DNA of 47,353 nucleotides from an uncultured Steroidobacteraceae bacterium (GCA_964469325.1 CAYXZN010000001.1:1-47353); one strand, 5' to 3'. Positions 31,346 to 40,052 are shown, counted from the stretch's first letter. Notes: generated from the sequence alone by a model not told the origin. Made by a program: numbers and translations.

Positions 31346-32230
31346 ATGACCGGCGAGCCGATCGCGAGGGTGCCGGACGACTGGCGGGTCTGGGCCTTCT
31401 CCGATCCGCACGGCGTGGCAACGGGCCTGGAGGCGGCTCTCCGGGAGTCCGGCCTGGTGGACGACGATCTCCACTGGGCGGCGCCCCCCCGCACCGCGCT
31501 GATCGGCTGCGGCGACTACCTGGACCGTGGCTCCAACAGCCGGCGAGTGCTGGCGCTGCTGCGCCGGCTCCAGGCCGAGGCGGATTCCGCGGGTGGCTGC
31601 ATCATCCTGGCGCGCGGCAACCACGAGGAGATGGTGCTGCACCTGCGAGCGGGACGGGAGGAGTGGCTGCCGGTGTGGCTCGCTTACGGCGGGCACGCGA
31701 CGCTGGAGTCCTTCGGCTGCGCGCCGGACGACCCCGGCCGCGACGCCGCCGCGTTGGCCGTCGTCGGGGTCCGTGAGCCGGGGCTCTTCGAATGGCTGGC
31801 GGGGATGCCGCAGGCCGCCCGCTGGCGAGACGTCCTGTTCGTTCACGGTGGCCTGCCGGCGGGCGCAGCGCCGGGCGACCTCGGGTCCAGCACCGACCGC
31901 CACCTCTGGGTGCGTGCCGAGTTCTTCGAGACACCGTGGTCCACCGGGGACTTCGACCGCTTCGTGGCGGCCGGGGTGGAGCGGGTCGTCTTCGGGCACA
32001 CGCCGGGCCCGGCGGGAATCCGCGTGCTCCAGGGCGGGCGCCTGCTGGCGATCGACTCCAACGCGTGCGGCAACCCGCGCATGCCGGCCGACGCCCGTCG
32101 GCTGGTGACCCTCGTCGAGGTCGGTGATGGCATTTTCGACGATGCCCGGACCGTCGTGGTGCCGACCGAGCACGCCCCCGATCTCGCGTTGTACCCGGAC
32201 GCCACCGACCCTATGCTCGATCATCGATGA
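31346..32230 (+). CDS. PPP-family metallophosphoesterase (PrpE/ApaH-like Ser/Thr or diadenosine-polyphosphate phosphatase)
   Basis: All signature blocks are present: SDPHG, GDYLDRG, GNHE, VHGG and FGHTP. The start is uncertain: ATG 31346 (MTGEPIARV), ATG 31274, or GTG 31247 as in the track. The stop codon lies inside operator copy C. Confidence 0.78.
   Translation: MTGEPIARVPDDWRVWAFSDPHGVATGLEAALRESGLVDDDLHWAAPPRTALIGCGDYLDRGSNSRRVLALLRRLQAEADSAGGCIILARGNHEEMVLHLRAGREEWLPVWLAYGGHATLESFGCAPDDPGRDAAALAVVGVREPGLFEWLAGMPQAARWRDVLFVHGGLPAGAAPGDLGSSTDRHLWVRAEFFETPWSTGDFDRFVAAGVERVVFGHTPGPAGIRVLQGGRLLAIDSNACGNPRMPADARRLVTLVEVGDGIFDDARTVVVPTEHAPDLALYPDATDPMLDHR
32189..32230 (+). promoter_or_regulatory. 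Rightward promoter (TTGTAC-N17-TATGCT) fused to operator TCGATCATCGATGA (box 2-like, copy C)
   Basis: The -35 TTGTAC is at 32189..32194 and the -10 TATGCT at 32212..32217. As in copy A, the last T of the -10 is the first base of the box (32217..32230 by itself; over 15 nt it matches TCGATAATCGATGAT at 13/15). It lies 22 nt upstream of the E1 start. Confidence 0.45.
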
Positions 32231-32251
32231 CCGGACTGGAGCGCTGACGAC

Positions 32252-34567
32252 ATGGCCACCCCCGTCAGGGATACGACCTACCTGAGCGACGCGCGTCCCG
32301 ACTTCGCACCGTTCGAGGAGCCCTGCGGGACGATCGTGGGCTTCCGCTACGCCGGCACGCTGGCCGGCGAGCTCGAGAGCGGCCGGCTGACCGCCGCGGA
32401 CGCCTTCGCCATGCTGGACGACATGCTCGCCATCCGGGAGCTGGAGGAGATGATCGTTCGGCTTCGCTCCGGCGGCTACGAACCGCTGGCGGGATTCGAC
32501 TACCGCGGGCCGACCCACGTTTCGATCGGCCAGGAGGCGACGGCCATCGGTGCCGCGACCGCGCTGCGCCCGGACGATGCGATCACCAGCTCGCACCGTG
32601 GCCACGGGGACGCCGTCGCCAAGGGGTTCGCCGCGATCCGCCGCATGGACGCCGACCGGCTCCGTGCCCGGCTGCCGAGCGCTGGCAGCGGAACGCGAGA
32701 CGAGCTGCTCGCCGCCGCCCTCGAGGAGCACCTCTTCCGGGTCGTGGCAGAGCTGTTCGGCAAGGACGAGGGCTACTGTCGCGGGCGCGGCGGCGGGATG
32801 CACATCGGCGACTTTTCGACCGGGCACCTCGGCGCGAACGCCATCGTGGGGGGCAGCGTCCCGATCGCGACCGGCGCCGCCATGGCCTTCCGCTACCAGC
32901 GCACCGACCGAGTGGTGTGCTGCATGGCCGGCGACGGCGCCTACGCCAACGGCGTGGTGCTGGAGTCACTGAACTGGGCGACGCAGCACCAGTGGACGAA
33001 CCACCTGGCGGGCGACCACCGCTACGGGCTGCCGATCGTGTACCTCATCCAGAACAACCACTACGGCATGACCCATCGGACCGATGAGGAGGTGATGGGG
33101 GTCCGTCACCTCGCGCGCCGCGCAGCGGGGTTCGATGACGACAACATGCACGCCGAGGTGGTCAACGGCATGGACGTGCTGGCCGTGCGCGACGCCATGG
33201 AGCGTGCCGCCGCTCGGTGCCGCTCCGGCGAGGGACCGGTGCTGATCGAGGCCAGCACCTACCGCTACTACGGCCACTCCCTGTCCGACCCGAGGAACGA
33301 GTACCGGACCCGCGACGAGGAGGCGGCCTGGCGCGCCATCGATCCGGTGGAGCAGCTGAAGCGTCAGATGCTGGAGGCGGGAATCGCGGACGGGGACCGG
33401 CTGGCGGCAATCTCCGGCGCCGCCCGCGAGCGCAACGCGCGCGCGGCGCAGCGGGCCGCGGCAGCCACCGATCCCGACCCGGCCGAGCTGCTGCGGTTCC
33501 TCTACACCGACACCCGCGCGGACGAGGTACCGCCCCAGGCACACCAGGTGGTGACGTACGGCGACCCGCCGCTCGCCAAGCGTGACGACCAGGGCAACGT
33601 CACCTACCGCGACGCCATCCGAGAGGCGCTGGTGGAGGAGATGCTGCGCGACGGCCGGGTGGTCGTCTACGGGGAGGACATCGCGGACTACGGCGGCGCG
33701 TTCAAGCTGACCAAGGGGCTGCTGGAGGCGTTCGGCCGCCACCGAGTCTTCAACACGCCCATCTCCGAGGCGTGCATCTGCGGGACCGCGGTGGGAGCCG
33801 CCATGGTCGGCACGCGCCCGGTGGTGGAGCTGATGTACATGGACTTCGCGCTCATGGCCTCCGACCAGATCGCCAACCAGGCCGGCAAGTGGCACTACAT
33901 GAGCGGGGCGCAGGTCGAGGTGCCGCTGGTCATCCGCGCGTCGGTCGGTGCGGGCAAGGGCTACGGCGGCCAGCACTCGCAGTCGCTGGAGAGCCTGTTC
34001 ACCCACATCCCGGGCCTGTACGTCCTCTATCCCGCCACCCCGGCGGACGCCAAGGGTCTGCTGAAGTCGGCGATCCGCGACAACAACCCGGTGCTGTTCG
34101 TCGAGAGCCAGGGGCTCTACCCCACCAAGGGCCCGCTGCCCGAGGGGGACGACCGGTTGGTGGAGATCGGCACCGCGCGCGTCGCGCGCGAAGGGGCGGA
34201 CACGACGCTGGTGGCGTGGGGGCCGGCGGTCATCGACGCGCTCGCCGCCGCCGATCGCCTCGCTGCCGAGCACGGCATCTCGGCGGAGGTGATCGACCTG
34301 CGCAGCCTGGTGCCGCTGGACATGGAGACGGTACTGGCGTCGGTGCGGAAGACGGGCCGCTGCCTGGTCGCCAGCCAGGCGGTCCTGATCGGCTCGTTCG
34401 TCAACGAGATCGTCGCTCGGATCCAGTCCGAGGCGTTCGACGACCTCGACGCGCCGGTCGGGCGCATCGGCGCCGCCAACGGCATATCGCCCCAGGCCGA
34501 AGGGCTGGAGAAGGCCTTCCTGCCGCAGCCGGACGACATCGTCCGCGCCGTCCTGGCCGCCGGGTAG
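32252..34567 (+). CDS. TPP-dependent 2-oxoacid/acetoin-type dehydrogenase E1 component, fused alpha-beta
   Basis: 771 aa. The alpha part shows YRGPTHVSIGQEA, GGGMHIGD, GGSVPIATGAA and MAGDGAYANGVVLESLNWA. The beta part shows VTYRDAIREAL, VYGEDIADYGGAFKLTKGL, FNTPISEA and GGQHSQSLES. The two halves are in one continuous frame. Confidence 0.88.
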   Translation: MATPVRDTTYLSDARPDFAPFEEPCGTIVGFRYAGTLAGELESGRLTAADAFAMLDDMLAIRELEEMIVRLRSGGYEPLAGFDYRGPTHVSIGQEATAIGAATALRPDDAITSSHRGHGDAVAKGFAAIRRMDADRLRARLPSAGSGTRDELLAAALEEHLFRVVAELFGKDEGYCRGRGGGMHIGDFSTGHLGANAIVGGSVPIATGAAMAFRYQRTDRVVCCMAGDGAYANGVVLESLNWATQHQWTNHLAGDHRYGLPIVYLIQNNHYGMTHRTDEEVMGVRHLARRAAGFDDDNMHAEVVNGMDVLAVRDAMERAAARCRSGEGPVLIEASTYRYYGHSLSDPRNEYRTRDEEAAWRAIDPVEQLKRQMLEAGIADGDRLAAISGAARERNARAAQRAAAATDPDPAELLRFLYTDTRADEVPPQAHQVVTYGDPPLAKRDDQGNVTYRDAIREALVEEMLRDGRVVVYGEDIADYGGAFKLTKGLLEAFGRHRVFNTPISEACICGTAVGAAMVGTRPVVELMYMDFALMASDQIANQAGKWHYMSGAQVEVPLVIRASVGAGKGYGGQHSQSLESLFTHIPGLYVLYPATPADAKGLLKSAIRDNNPVLFVESQGLYPTKGPLPEGDDRLVEIGTARVAREGADTTLVAWGPAVIDALAAADRLAAEHGISAEVIDLRSLVPLDMETVLASVRKTGRCLVASQAVLIGSFVNEIVARIQSEAFDDLDAPVGRIGAANGISPQAEGLEKAFLPQPDDIVRAVLAAG

Positions 34568-34576
34568 GACCCGCCC

Positions 34577-35830
34577 ATGGCCCACCCCATCCTGATGCCG
34601 CGTCCTGGACAGATGACGGAGGAGTGCACGCTCCTCGCCTGGCGCAAGGACGAAGGGGAGCCGGTCCGCAAGGGCGATGTCCTGTTCGAGATCGAGACCG
34701 ACAAGGCCACCATGGAGGTCGAGGCCTTCGTCGAGGGCGTCCTCCTGCAGCAGCTGGTGGAGGCGGGGCAGACCGTTCCGGTCAACTCGGTGTGCGCGTA
34801 CGTCGGCGAGCCGGGCGAGCGCCTCCCGGAGACCGACGCTGCTGGCGCCGTGCCCGACGATCGGAGCGCGCCCGAGGTGACACAGCCTCCGCCGGGTGGC
34901 GCTGCCGCTGATGGCGCGGCCCCCCGGGGCCGGGACCGGGTGCGCACCAGCCCGCGTGCCCGGCGCCTGGCGGTGGAGGCGGGCATCGACCTCGCGTCCG
35001 TGGCGGGCACCGGCCCGGCGGGGCGCATCGTGGAGCGCGACGTTCGGGCGGCGGTCGAGCGGCTCGCGGCCGGCCAGGCGGGGACCGCCGCCGCGCCGCC
35101 GGTCGTACGGGAGCCCCCGGCGGCACCGCCGGTCGAGGCGGAGGACGAGTCGCGCCAGCCGCTGTCGCGAATGCGGCGCGTGATCGCCGATCGGATGTCG
35201 CTGAGCACCGGCACCGCACCCCAGTTCACGGTCACGATATCGGTCGACGTCACCCGTCTGATGGCTCTGCGGCAGCGCCTGAAGGAGGCTGGGCGAGGCC
35301 TCAGCGTGACCGACTTCCTGGTGCTGGCCGCCGCCCAGAGCCTGGTCGAGTTCCCGCTGGTCAACTCGCGGACCGACGGCGCCGACGTGTGGCTCCGGCG
35401 CCGGGTGCATGTCGGTCTCGCCGTGTCGGTTCCCGACGGCCTGGTGGTGGTTGTCCTGCGCGACGCCGACCACCTGACCCTCGACGAGATCCACGAGCGC
35501 TCGACGGCGTTGATCCAGGCCGCTCGCGCCGGCACCCTGAAGCCCGACGACATGTCCGGCAGCACCTTCTCCATCTCCAACCTGGGCATGTACGGCGTGG
35601 AGCAGTTCACGGCCATCATCAATCCGGGCGAATCGGCCATCCTGGCGGTGGGCAGCGCGGTCCCGCGGCCGGTGGTCATCGGCGATGGGATCGGGGTTCG
35701 GACCAGCATGCGGGTCACCCTCACCGCCGACCACCGGCTGATCGACGGCGAGCTGGCAGCCCGTTTCCTGGACGACCTGCGGCGGCGGCTGGAGGCCCCC
35801 GACGCGCTCGCCTCGCGATCGCTGACCTAG
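34577..35830 (+). CDS. Dihydrolipoamide acyltransferase E2 component (lipoyl, E3/E1-binding and catalytic domains)
   Basis: 417 aa. The lipoyl-Lys context is LFEIETDKATMEVEA. The subunit-binding domain is SPRARRLAVEAGIDLASVAGTGPAGRIVERDV. The catalytic motif is LTADHRLIDG. Confidence 0.9.
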   Translation: MAHPILMPRPGQMTEECTLLAWRKDEGEPVRKGDVLFEIETDKATMEVEAFVEGVLLQQLVEAGQTVPVNSVCAYVGEPGERLPETDAAGAVPDDRSAPEVTQPPPGGAAADGAAPRGRDRVRTSPRARRLAVEAGIDLASVAGTGPAGRIVERDVRAAVERLAAGQAGTAAAPPVVREPPAAPPVEAEDESRQPLSRMRRVIADRMSLSTGTAPQFTVTISVDVTRLMALRQRLKEAGRGLSVTDFLVLAAAQSLVEFPLVNSRTDGADVWLRRRVHVGLAVSVPDGLVVVVLRDADHLTLDEIHERSTALIQAARAGTLKPDDMSGSTFSISNLGMYGVEQFTAIINPGESAILAVGSAVPRPVVIGDGIGVRTSMRVTLTADHRLIDGELAARFLDDLRRRLEAPDALASRSLT

Positions 35831-35879
35831 CTGATCGGCGGGCGGCCGGTGCCGGTGCTGAAGGCGGGGCGAGCCGGGC

Positions 35880-37832
35880 CTAGCCCTTCCCCTGCGCCAG
35901 CTCCACGAACGCGTCCAACGCCTCGGGGTTGGCCAGCGAGCCGCGGGAGGCGGCTGCCTCGGGCGGAGTGCCGGTCAGGATCCGTTTCACCGGCACTTCG
36001 AGCTTCTTGCCGGAGAGGGTGCGCGGCACGGCGGGCACGGCGGCGATCCGATCCGGGACGTGCCGCGGCGAGAGCGCCGAGCGCAGCTCGGCGCGGATCC
36101 GGTCCCGCAGCGCCTCGTCCAGCTCCTCTCCCTCGCGAAGCGCCACGAACAGCAGCAGCCGGTCCCCGTCCTCGAGGTGAACCACCACCGAGTCGGCGAC
36201 CTCGGGCAGCGACTCGACAACGGCGTAGAACTCGGCGGTGCCGATCCGTACCCCGCCCCGGTTCAGGGTGGCGTCCGACCGCCCGCTGATGACGCACGAC
36301 CCGCGCTCCGTGATGGTGATCCAGTCGCCGTGGCGCCAGACGCCCGGGAAGACGTCGAAGTATGCCGCGCGGTAGCGCGAGCCATCGGGGTCGTTCCAGA
36401 ACCGCACCGGCATCGACGGCATGGGCGCGGTGAGGACCAGCTCGCCCTGCTCACCGATGAGGGAGCGCCCATCCGGCGAGAAGGCCTCCACCGCGGCTCC
36501 CAGGCCGCGGCAGCTGATCTCGCCCTCCCAGACGGGCACCAGCGGGGCTGCCAGCGCGAAGCCGCTGCACACGTCGCTGCCGCCCGAAACGGACTCGAGG
36601 TGGACCGATGGCGAGACGTGCTCGTACACGAAGCGGAAGCCCTCCGGCGGCAGCGGGGCGCCGGTCGAGCCGACGGATCGAAGCGCCGAAAGATCGCAGG
36701 CCGTGCCCGGCTGGATCTCGGCCTTGCGGCAGGCCATCAGGTACGGCGCGCTGGTGCCGAACACGCTGATCCGCTCCTCGGCGGCCATCCGCCACAGCTC
36801 GAGCAGGTCCGGATGGCCCGGGGAGCCGTCGAACGTAACCAGGGTCGCATCCACCAGCAGGCCGCTCACCAGGTAGTTCCACATCATCCAGCCGGTGGTC
36901 GTGAACCAGAAGAACCGATCGGCCGGTCCCAGGTCGTGGTGCAGCGCGAGGATCTTGAAGTGCTCAAGCAGGATGCCGCCGTGGCCGTGAACCATCGCCT
37001 TCGGCAGGCCGGTGGTGCCCGACGAGTAGAGGATGAAGAGCGGATGGTCGAACGGGACGCGGTCGAAGGCCAGCTCGCCCGGCTCGGCGAGCAGCTCGTC
37101 CCAGGTGAGGGCATCGGGAACCCGGGCTTTCGGCTCGAGGTAGGGGAGCAGCACCGTGGCGGCGAGGTCGGGGATCGCCGCCCGGATGTCGGCCAGCTCA
37201 TCGGTCCTGGGAACCGCACGCTCGCCGTACCGGTAGCCGTCGACGCCGATCAGGACCTTCGGCTTCACCTGGCTGAAGCGGTCCACCACGCTGCGAGTCC
37301 CGAATTCCGGAGCACAGCTGGTCCACACCGCGCCCAGGCTGGCGGTGGCGAGCACGGCCACGATCGTCTCCGGCACGTTGGGCAGGATGGCCGCCACCCG
37401 GTCGCCGGGGCCCACCCCCAGGCGTTGCAGGCCGGCCCGGCAGCGCGCGACCTGGTCGCGCAGCTCAGCGACGGTCAGCGTGACGCGCTCGCGGGACTGC
37501 GAGCGGCCGATCACCACCACCTCGTCCTCGGCGCGCTGCGCGAGGCGGAGGGCGTGCTCCGCCCAGTTCAGTCGGACTCCCGGGAACCACCGGGCGCCGG
37601 GCATGCGAGCGTCGGCCAGGGCCGCCGACGGCTCGCCGGACGCCTCCACCGCGGCGAAGTCCCAGATGGAGCGCCAGAACGCATCCAGCTCGGTCACCGA
37701 CCAGCGCCAGGCGGCGTCGTAGTCCGCGAGCGATACCCCTCGCGCATCGGCCAGCCAGTCCAGGTAGCGGCCCATCTGCGTCGTCTGCCGCGCGTCGTCG
37801 GGCGGCTGCCACAGCATGTGCGGATGCTCCAT
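35880..37832 (-). CDS. Acetoacetyl-CoA synthetase (acetoacetate-CoA ligase)
   Basis: 650 aa. The N-terminus LWQPPDDARQTTQMGRYLDWL...WRWSV.ELDAFWRSIWDF is characteristic of acetoacetyl-CoA synthetases. AMP-binding motifs are ILYSSGTTGLPK and TTGWMMWN, with SGKK near the C-terminus. Confidence 0.88.
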   Translation of the reverse strand: MEHPHMLWQPPDDARQTTQMGRYLDWLADARGVSLADYDAAWRWSVTELDAFWRSIWDFAAVEASGEPSAALADARMPGARWFPGVRLNWAEHALRLAQRAEDEVVVIGRSQSRERVTLTVAELRDQVARCRAGLQRLGVGPGDRVAAILPNVPETIVAVLATASLGAVWTSCAPEFGTRSVVDRFSQVKPKVLIGVDGYRYGERAVPRTDELADIRAAIPDLAATVLLPYLEPKARVPDALTWDELLAEPGELAFDRVPFDHPLFILYSSGTTGLPKAMVHGHGGILLEHFKILALHHDLGPADRFFWFTTTGWMMWNYLVSGLLVDATLVTFDGSPGHPDLLELWRMAAEERISVFGTSAPYLMACRKAEIQPGTACDLSALRSVGSTGAPLPPEGFRFVYEHVSPSVHLESVSGGSDVCSGFALAAPLVPVWEGEISCRGLGAAVEAFSPDGRSLIGEQGELVLTAPMPSMPVRFWNDPDGSRYRAAYFDVFPGVWRHGDWITITERGSCVISGRSDATLNRGGVRIGTAEFYAVVESLPEVADSVVVHLEDGDRLLLFVALREGEELDEALRDRIRAELRSALSPRHVPDRIAAVPAVPRTLSGKKLEVPVKRILTGTPPEAAASRGSLANPEALDAFVELAQGKG

Positions 37833-37873
37833 GGACCGATGATGGCACGCCCCCGGGTATCCTGACCGGACCC

Positions 37874-40048
37874 ATGGCAGCGCCGAGGCTTCTTCCAGGG
37901 CGGTTCGCCCGCGCCGCGGCTGCCTGCCTGCTGCTCGCCGGCGCCGTGCCGCCGGCGGCGGATGCCCTGGAGACGGGGACCATCGCCCTCGAGGGGATCG
38001 CGTACGGCGGGATGGTGGCCGACGTGGACGGCGACGGCGCCCGCGAGGTGCTGCGGCTGATCCGCGATCCCGGCGGGACGGGCCACCTGGCGGTCGACGG
38101 GTGGCGCCTGGTCGACGGCGAGTGGCGGTCGCTGGGCATCGTCCCCCTGCGGCGTGGCATCGTCGTGCCCGACGAGATCCAGTTCAGGGACGACGACCTG
38201 ATGCGCCCGCTGCTGGTCGGCGAGCCGGCGCGGCTGATCCGCTGGCGGCACGGCGGCCGGGATAGGGTGGTGGTGGCCACGATCGGCACCAGGGAGCTGG
38301 CCGGCCGCTGCTGCCTGTCGCTGTTCGAGGTGCGCGAGGGTCGCGGCGGGCTCGAGCTGCGCGTGCTGCGCGGGACGGATGGGAGCACCGGCTTCGGCAC
38401 GGCGCTGGCCGTCCACCCCGCCGACCTCGACGGGGACGGGAACGAGGAGCTGGTCGTCACCGAGCCCCCGCGCGCGGGGGGCCTGGGCGGCATCCGGGTC
38501 CTGCACTGGACGGCGGCTGGCTGGGAGTCGGCTCGGATGGCCCCTGCCGGCCCGATGGGCTCGGTGCTGCCGTCGTACATCGGGGAGCTCGATGGCGAGC
38601 GTGGTGAGGAGGTCGTGTACGTCATCGACCTGCCGGGCGACACGACGCCCGGCATTCGTCTGATGCGGATCGGCGGTCCGCCCTCTGACCCGCGGATCGA
38701 GATCGCCGAGCTCGATGCCGTCCGGCCGCTGGTCGCGCCGGGGATCACCCTGCGTGGCGTGCCTGCCATGCTCGCCCAGACCACCCGCGACACGGTCCAG
38801 CGCCTGGGGTGGCCGCGGGGTGGGAGAGTGGAGCTGGGCGACGGGAGGACCATGTTCGCGTGGCTGGCCGGCTCCATCGGCCGGGGGGCGGGCACCCGGT
38901 ACCTCTTCGTCCAGCCCGAGGTGCATCCCGCGGGGGTCCTGCCGAACGTCCACATCGAGGTCGTCGGGCCGGCCCTCGAGCCGTTCGGGATCGTGAGGCC
39001 GTCCAGCGTGGCGGCGCGGCTGGACGACCTGACCGAGCGCCTCATTGGCAGCCGGATCCAGAACGTCGCCCCGCCGCGGGCGTACTCCGGGCCGTTTCCG
39101 GGTGGCGTGGGCGGCCGGGACGCGTTCGTCTTCAGGGGACGCCTGGTGGTGCAGGGCTCGCCGCAGGCGGAGGCTCGTGAGATTGCCACGCTCACCGATG
39201 TCACGCCGCTCGGCCTGGCCGGTCCGGGCGAGGCGTGGCTTGTTCTCGCCACCGGGCGGATCGGCGACCCTGAGCCGCGCGGCGGCTCGCTCGACTCATT
39301 CGCCGGAGCGGCCGGCGAGGTGCGGCTGGTCGAAGCCGCGCTGGCGCTCCTGCCCGAGAGCCGTCGGCCGGTCGATCTGCCCGGGGAGCTGGCGGGCGCG
39401 ATCTCGGCGGAGCCGGCATCCACGGTGTACGCCCCGCGGGCCGGATTCGACGTCCGGCTCGAGCTCCCCGCCGGGGCGCGCGTGCTGAGCATGATGGGTC
39501 GTCTGGTCCGCGAGCACCTTCCCGACCCCGACGGGGAGGTCACGATCCGTATCGCGCCCCCCGAGTCGCAGCAGGACGCGCCGGGCTACGAGGCGGTCCT
39601 CATCGTCATCGGCCCCTCCGGACGGGCCTACCTGCACAGCTGGCAGGTCGAGGTGCTGGCCGAGGTGCCGCAGCTCGACGTGCTGGCCGAGACCGAGCCG
39701 TTCAGCCTCTCGGCGCGCGTCGACGGTACGGTCAGCGGTCCGGCGGCGGTCACGGTTGATGGGTCGGCTGTCAGCGTGACCAACGACGGCTCGTTCCGCG
39801 CGTCGGTCAGCGCCCTGCCGTGGCCGCGTCCGGTCCGCGTGGAGGCGACCGACCCGCTGGGGAACCGGTCGGTGACCGTGGTGCACGTGGTGGGGCTGGT
39901 CGACTACCGCGAGTGGCCGTGGGCGCTGATCGTCACCGTGCTGACGCTGGCCGCCGGGCTGTTCCTGTACCTGCGAGGCGCGGAGCTCCGGCCGCGGCCG
40001 CGCGAGGAGACGGAGGTGGCGACGCTGGAGGAGATCGAGCGCCGCTGA
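37874..40048 (+). CDS. Signal-peptide exoprotein with FG-GAP/VCBS-like D-x-DGDG repeats and a single C-terminal TM anchor (hypothetical)
   Basis: 724 aa. The signal is RFARAAAACLLLAGAVPPAADA. Repeats are ADVDGDGAREVL, ADLDGDGNEELVV and IGELDGERGEEVV. The C-terminal TM is WPWALIVTVLTLAAGLFLYL, followed by a charged tail. I recognised no enzyme motif. Confidence 0.6.
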   Translation: MAAPRLLPGRFARAAAACLLLAGAVPPAADALETGTIALEGIAYGGMVADVDGDGAREVLRLIRDPGGTGHLAVDGWRLVDGEWRSLGIVPLRRGIVVPDEIQFRDDDLMRPLLVGEPARLIRWRHGGRDRVVVATIGTRELAGRCCLSLFEVREGRGGLELRVLRGTDGSTGFGTALAVHPADLDGDGNEELVVTEPPRAGGLGGIRVLHWTAAGWESARMAPAGPMGSVLPSYIGELDGERGEEVVYVIDLPGDTTPGIRLMRIGGPPSDPRIEIAELDAVRPLVAPGITLRGVPAMLAQTTRDTVQRLGWPRGGRVELGDGRTMFAWLAGSIGRGAGTRYLFVQPEVHPAGVLPNVHIEVVGPALEPFGIVRPSSVAARLDDLTERLIGSRIQNVAPPRAYSGPFPGGVGGRDAFVFRGRLVVQGSPQAEAREIATLTDVTPLGLAGPGEAWLVLATGRIGDPEPRGGSLDSFAGAAGEVRLVEAALALLPESRRPVDLPGELAGAISAEPASTVYAPRAGFDVRLELPAGARVLSMMGRLVREHLPDPDGEVTIRIAPPESQQDAPGYEAVLIVIGPSGRAYLHSWQVEVLAEVPQLDVLAETEPFSLSARVDGTVSGPAAVTVDGSAVSVTNDGSFRASVSALPWPRPVRVEATDPLGNRSVTVVHVVGLVDYREWPWALIVTVLTLAAGLFLYLRGAELRPRPREETEVATLEEIERR

Positions 40049-40052
40049 GCGG

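Noticed and set aside
32966-35734. Very long antisense ORFs in the track, for example 32966..35734 (-) 922 aa, 42878..44983 (+) 701 aa, 19707..21923 (+) 738 aa, 7127..8599 (-) 490 aa, 48..1052 (+), and 35849..36289 / 35827..36297
   Set aside because: They lie opposite CDSs with clear family motifs. Their translations are Arg/Gly/Pro/Ala/His low-complexity strings with no recognisable motifs. Long open antisense frames are expected in ~70%-GC DNA because stop codons are AT-rich.
37837-37861. CGATGAT half-match (37837..37843) plus TATCCT (37857..37862) upstream of the FG-GAP-like gene as another regulon member
   Set aside because: There is a single partial heptad, no TCGAT-N2-TCGAT core and no acceptable -35. 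It is likely chance.
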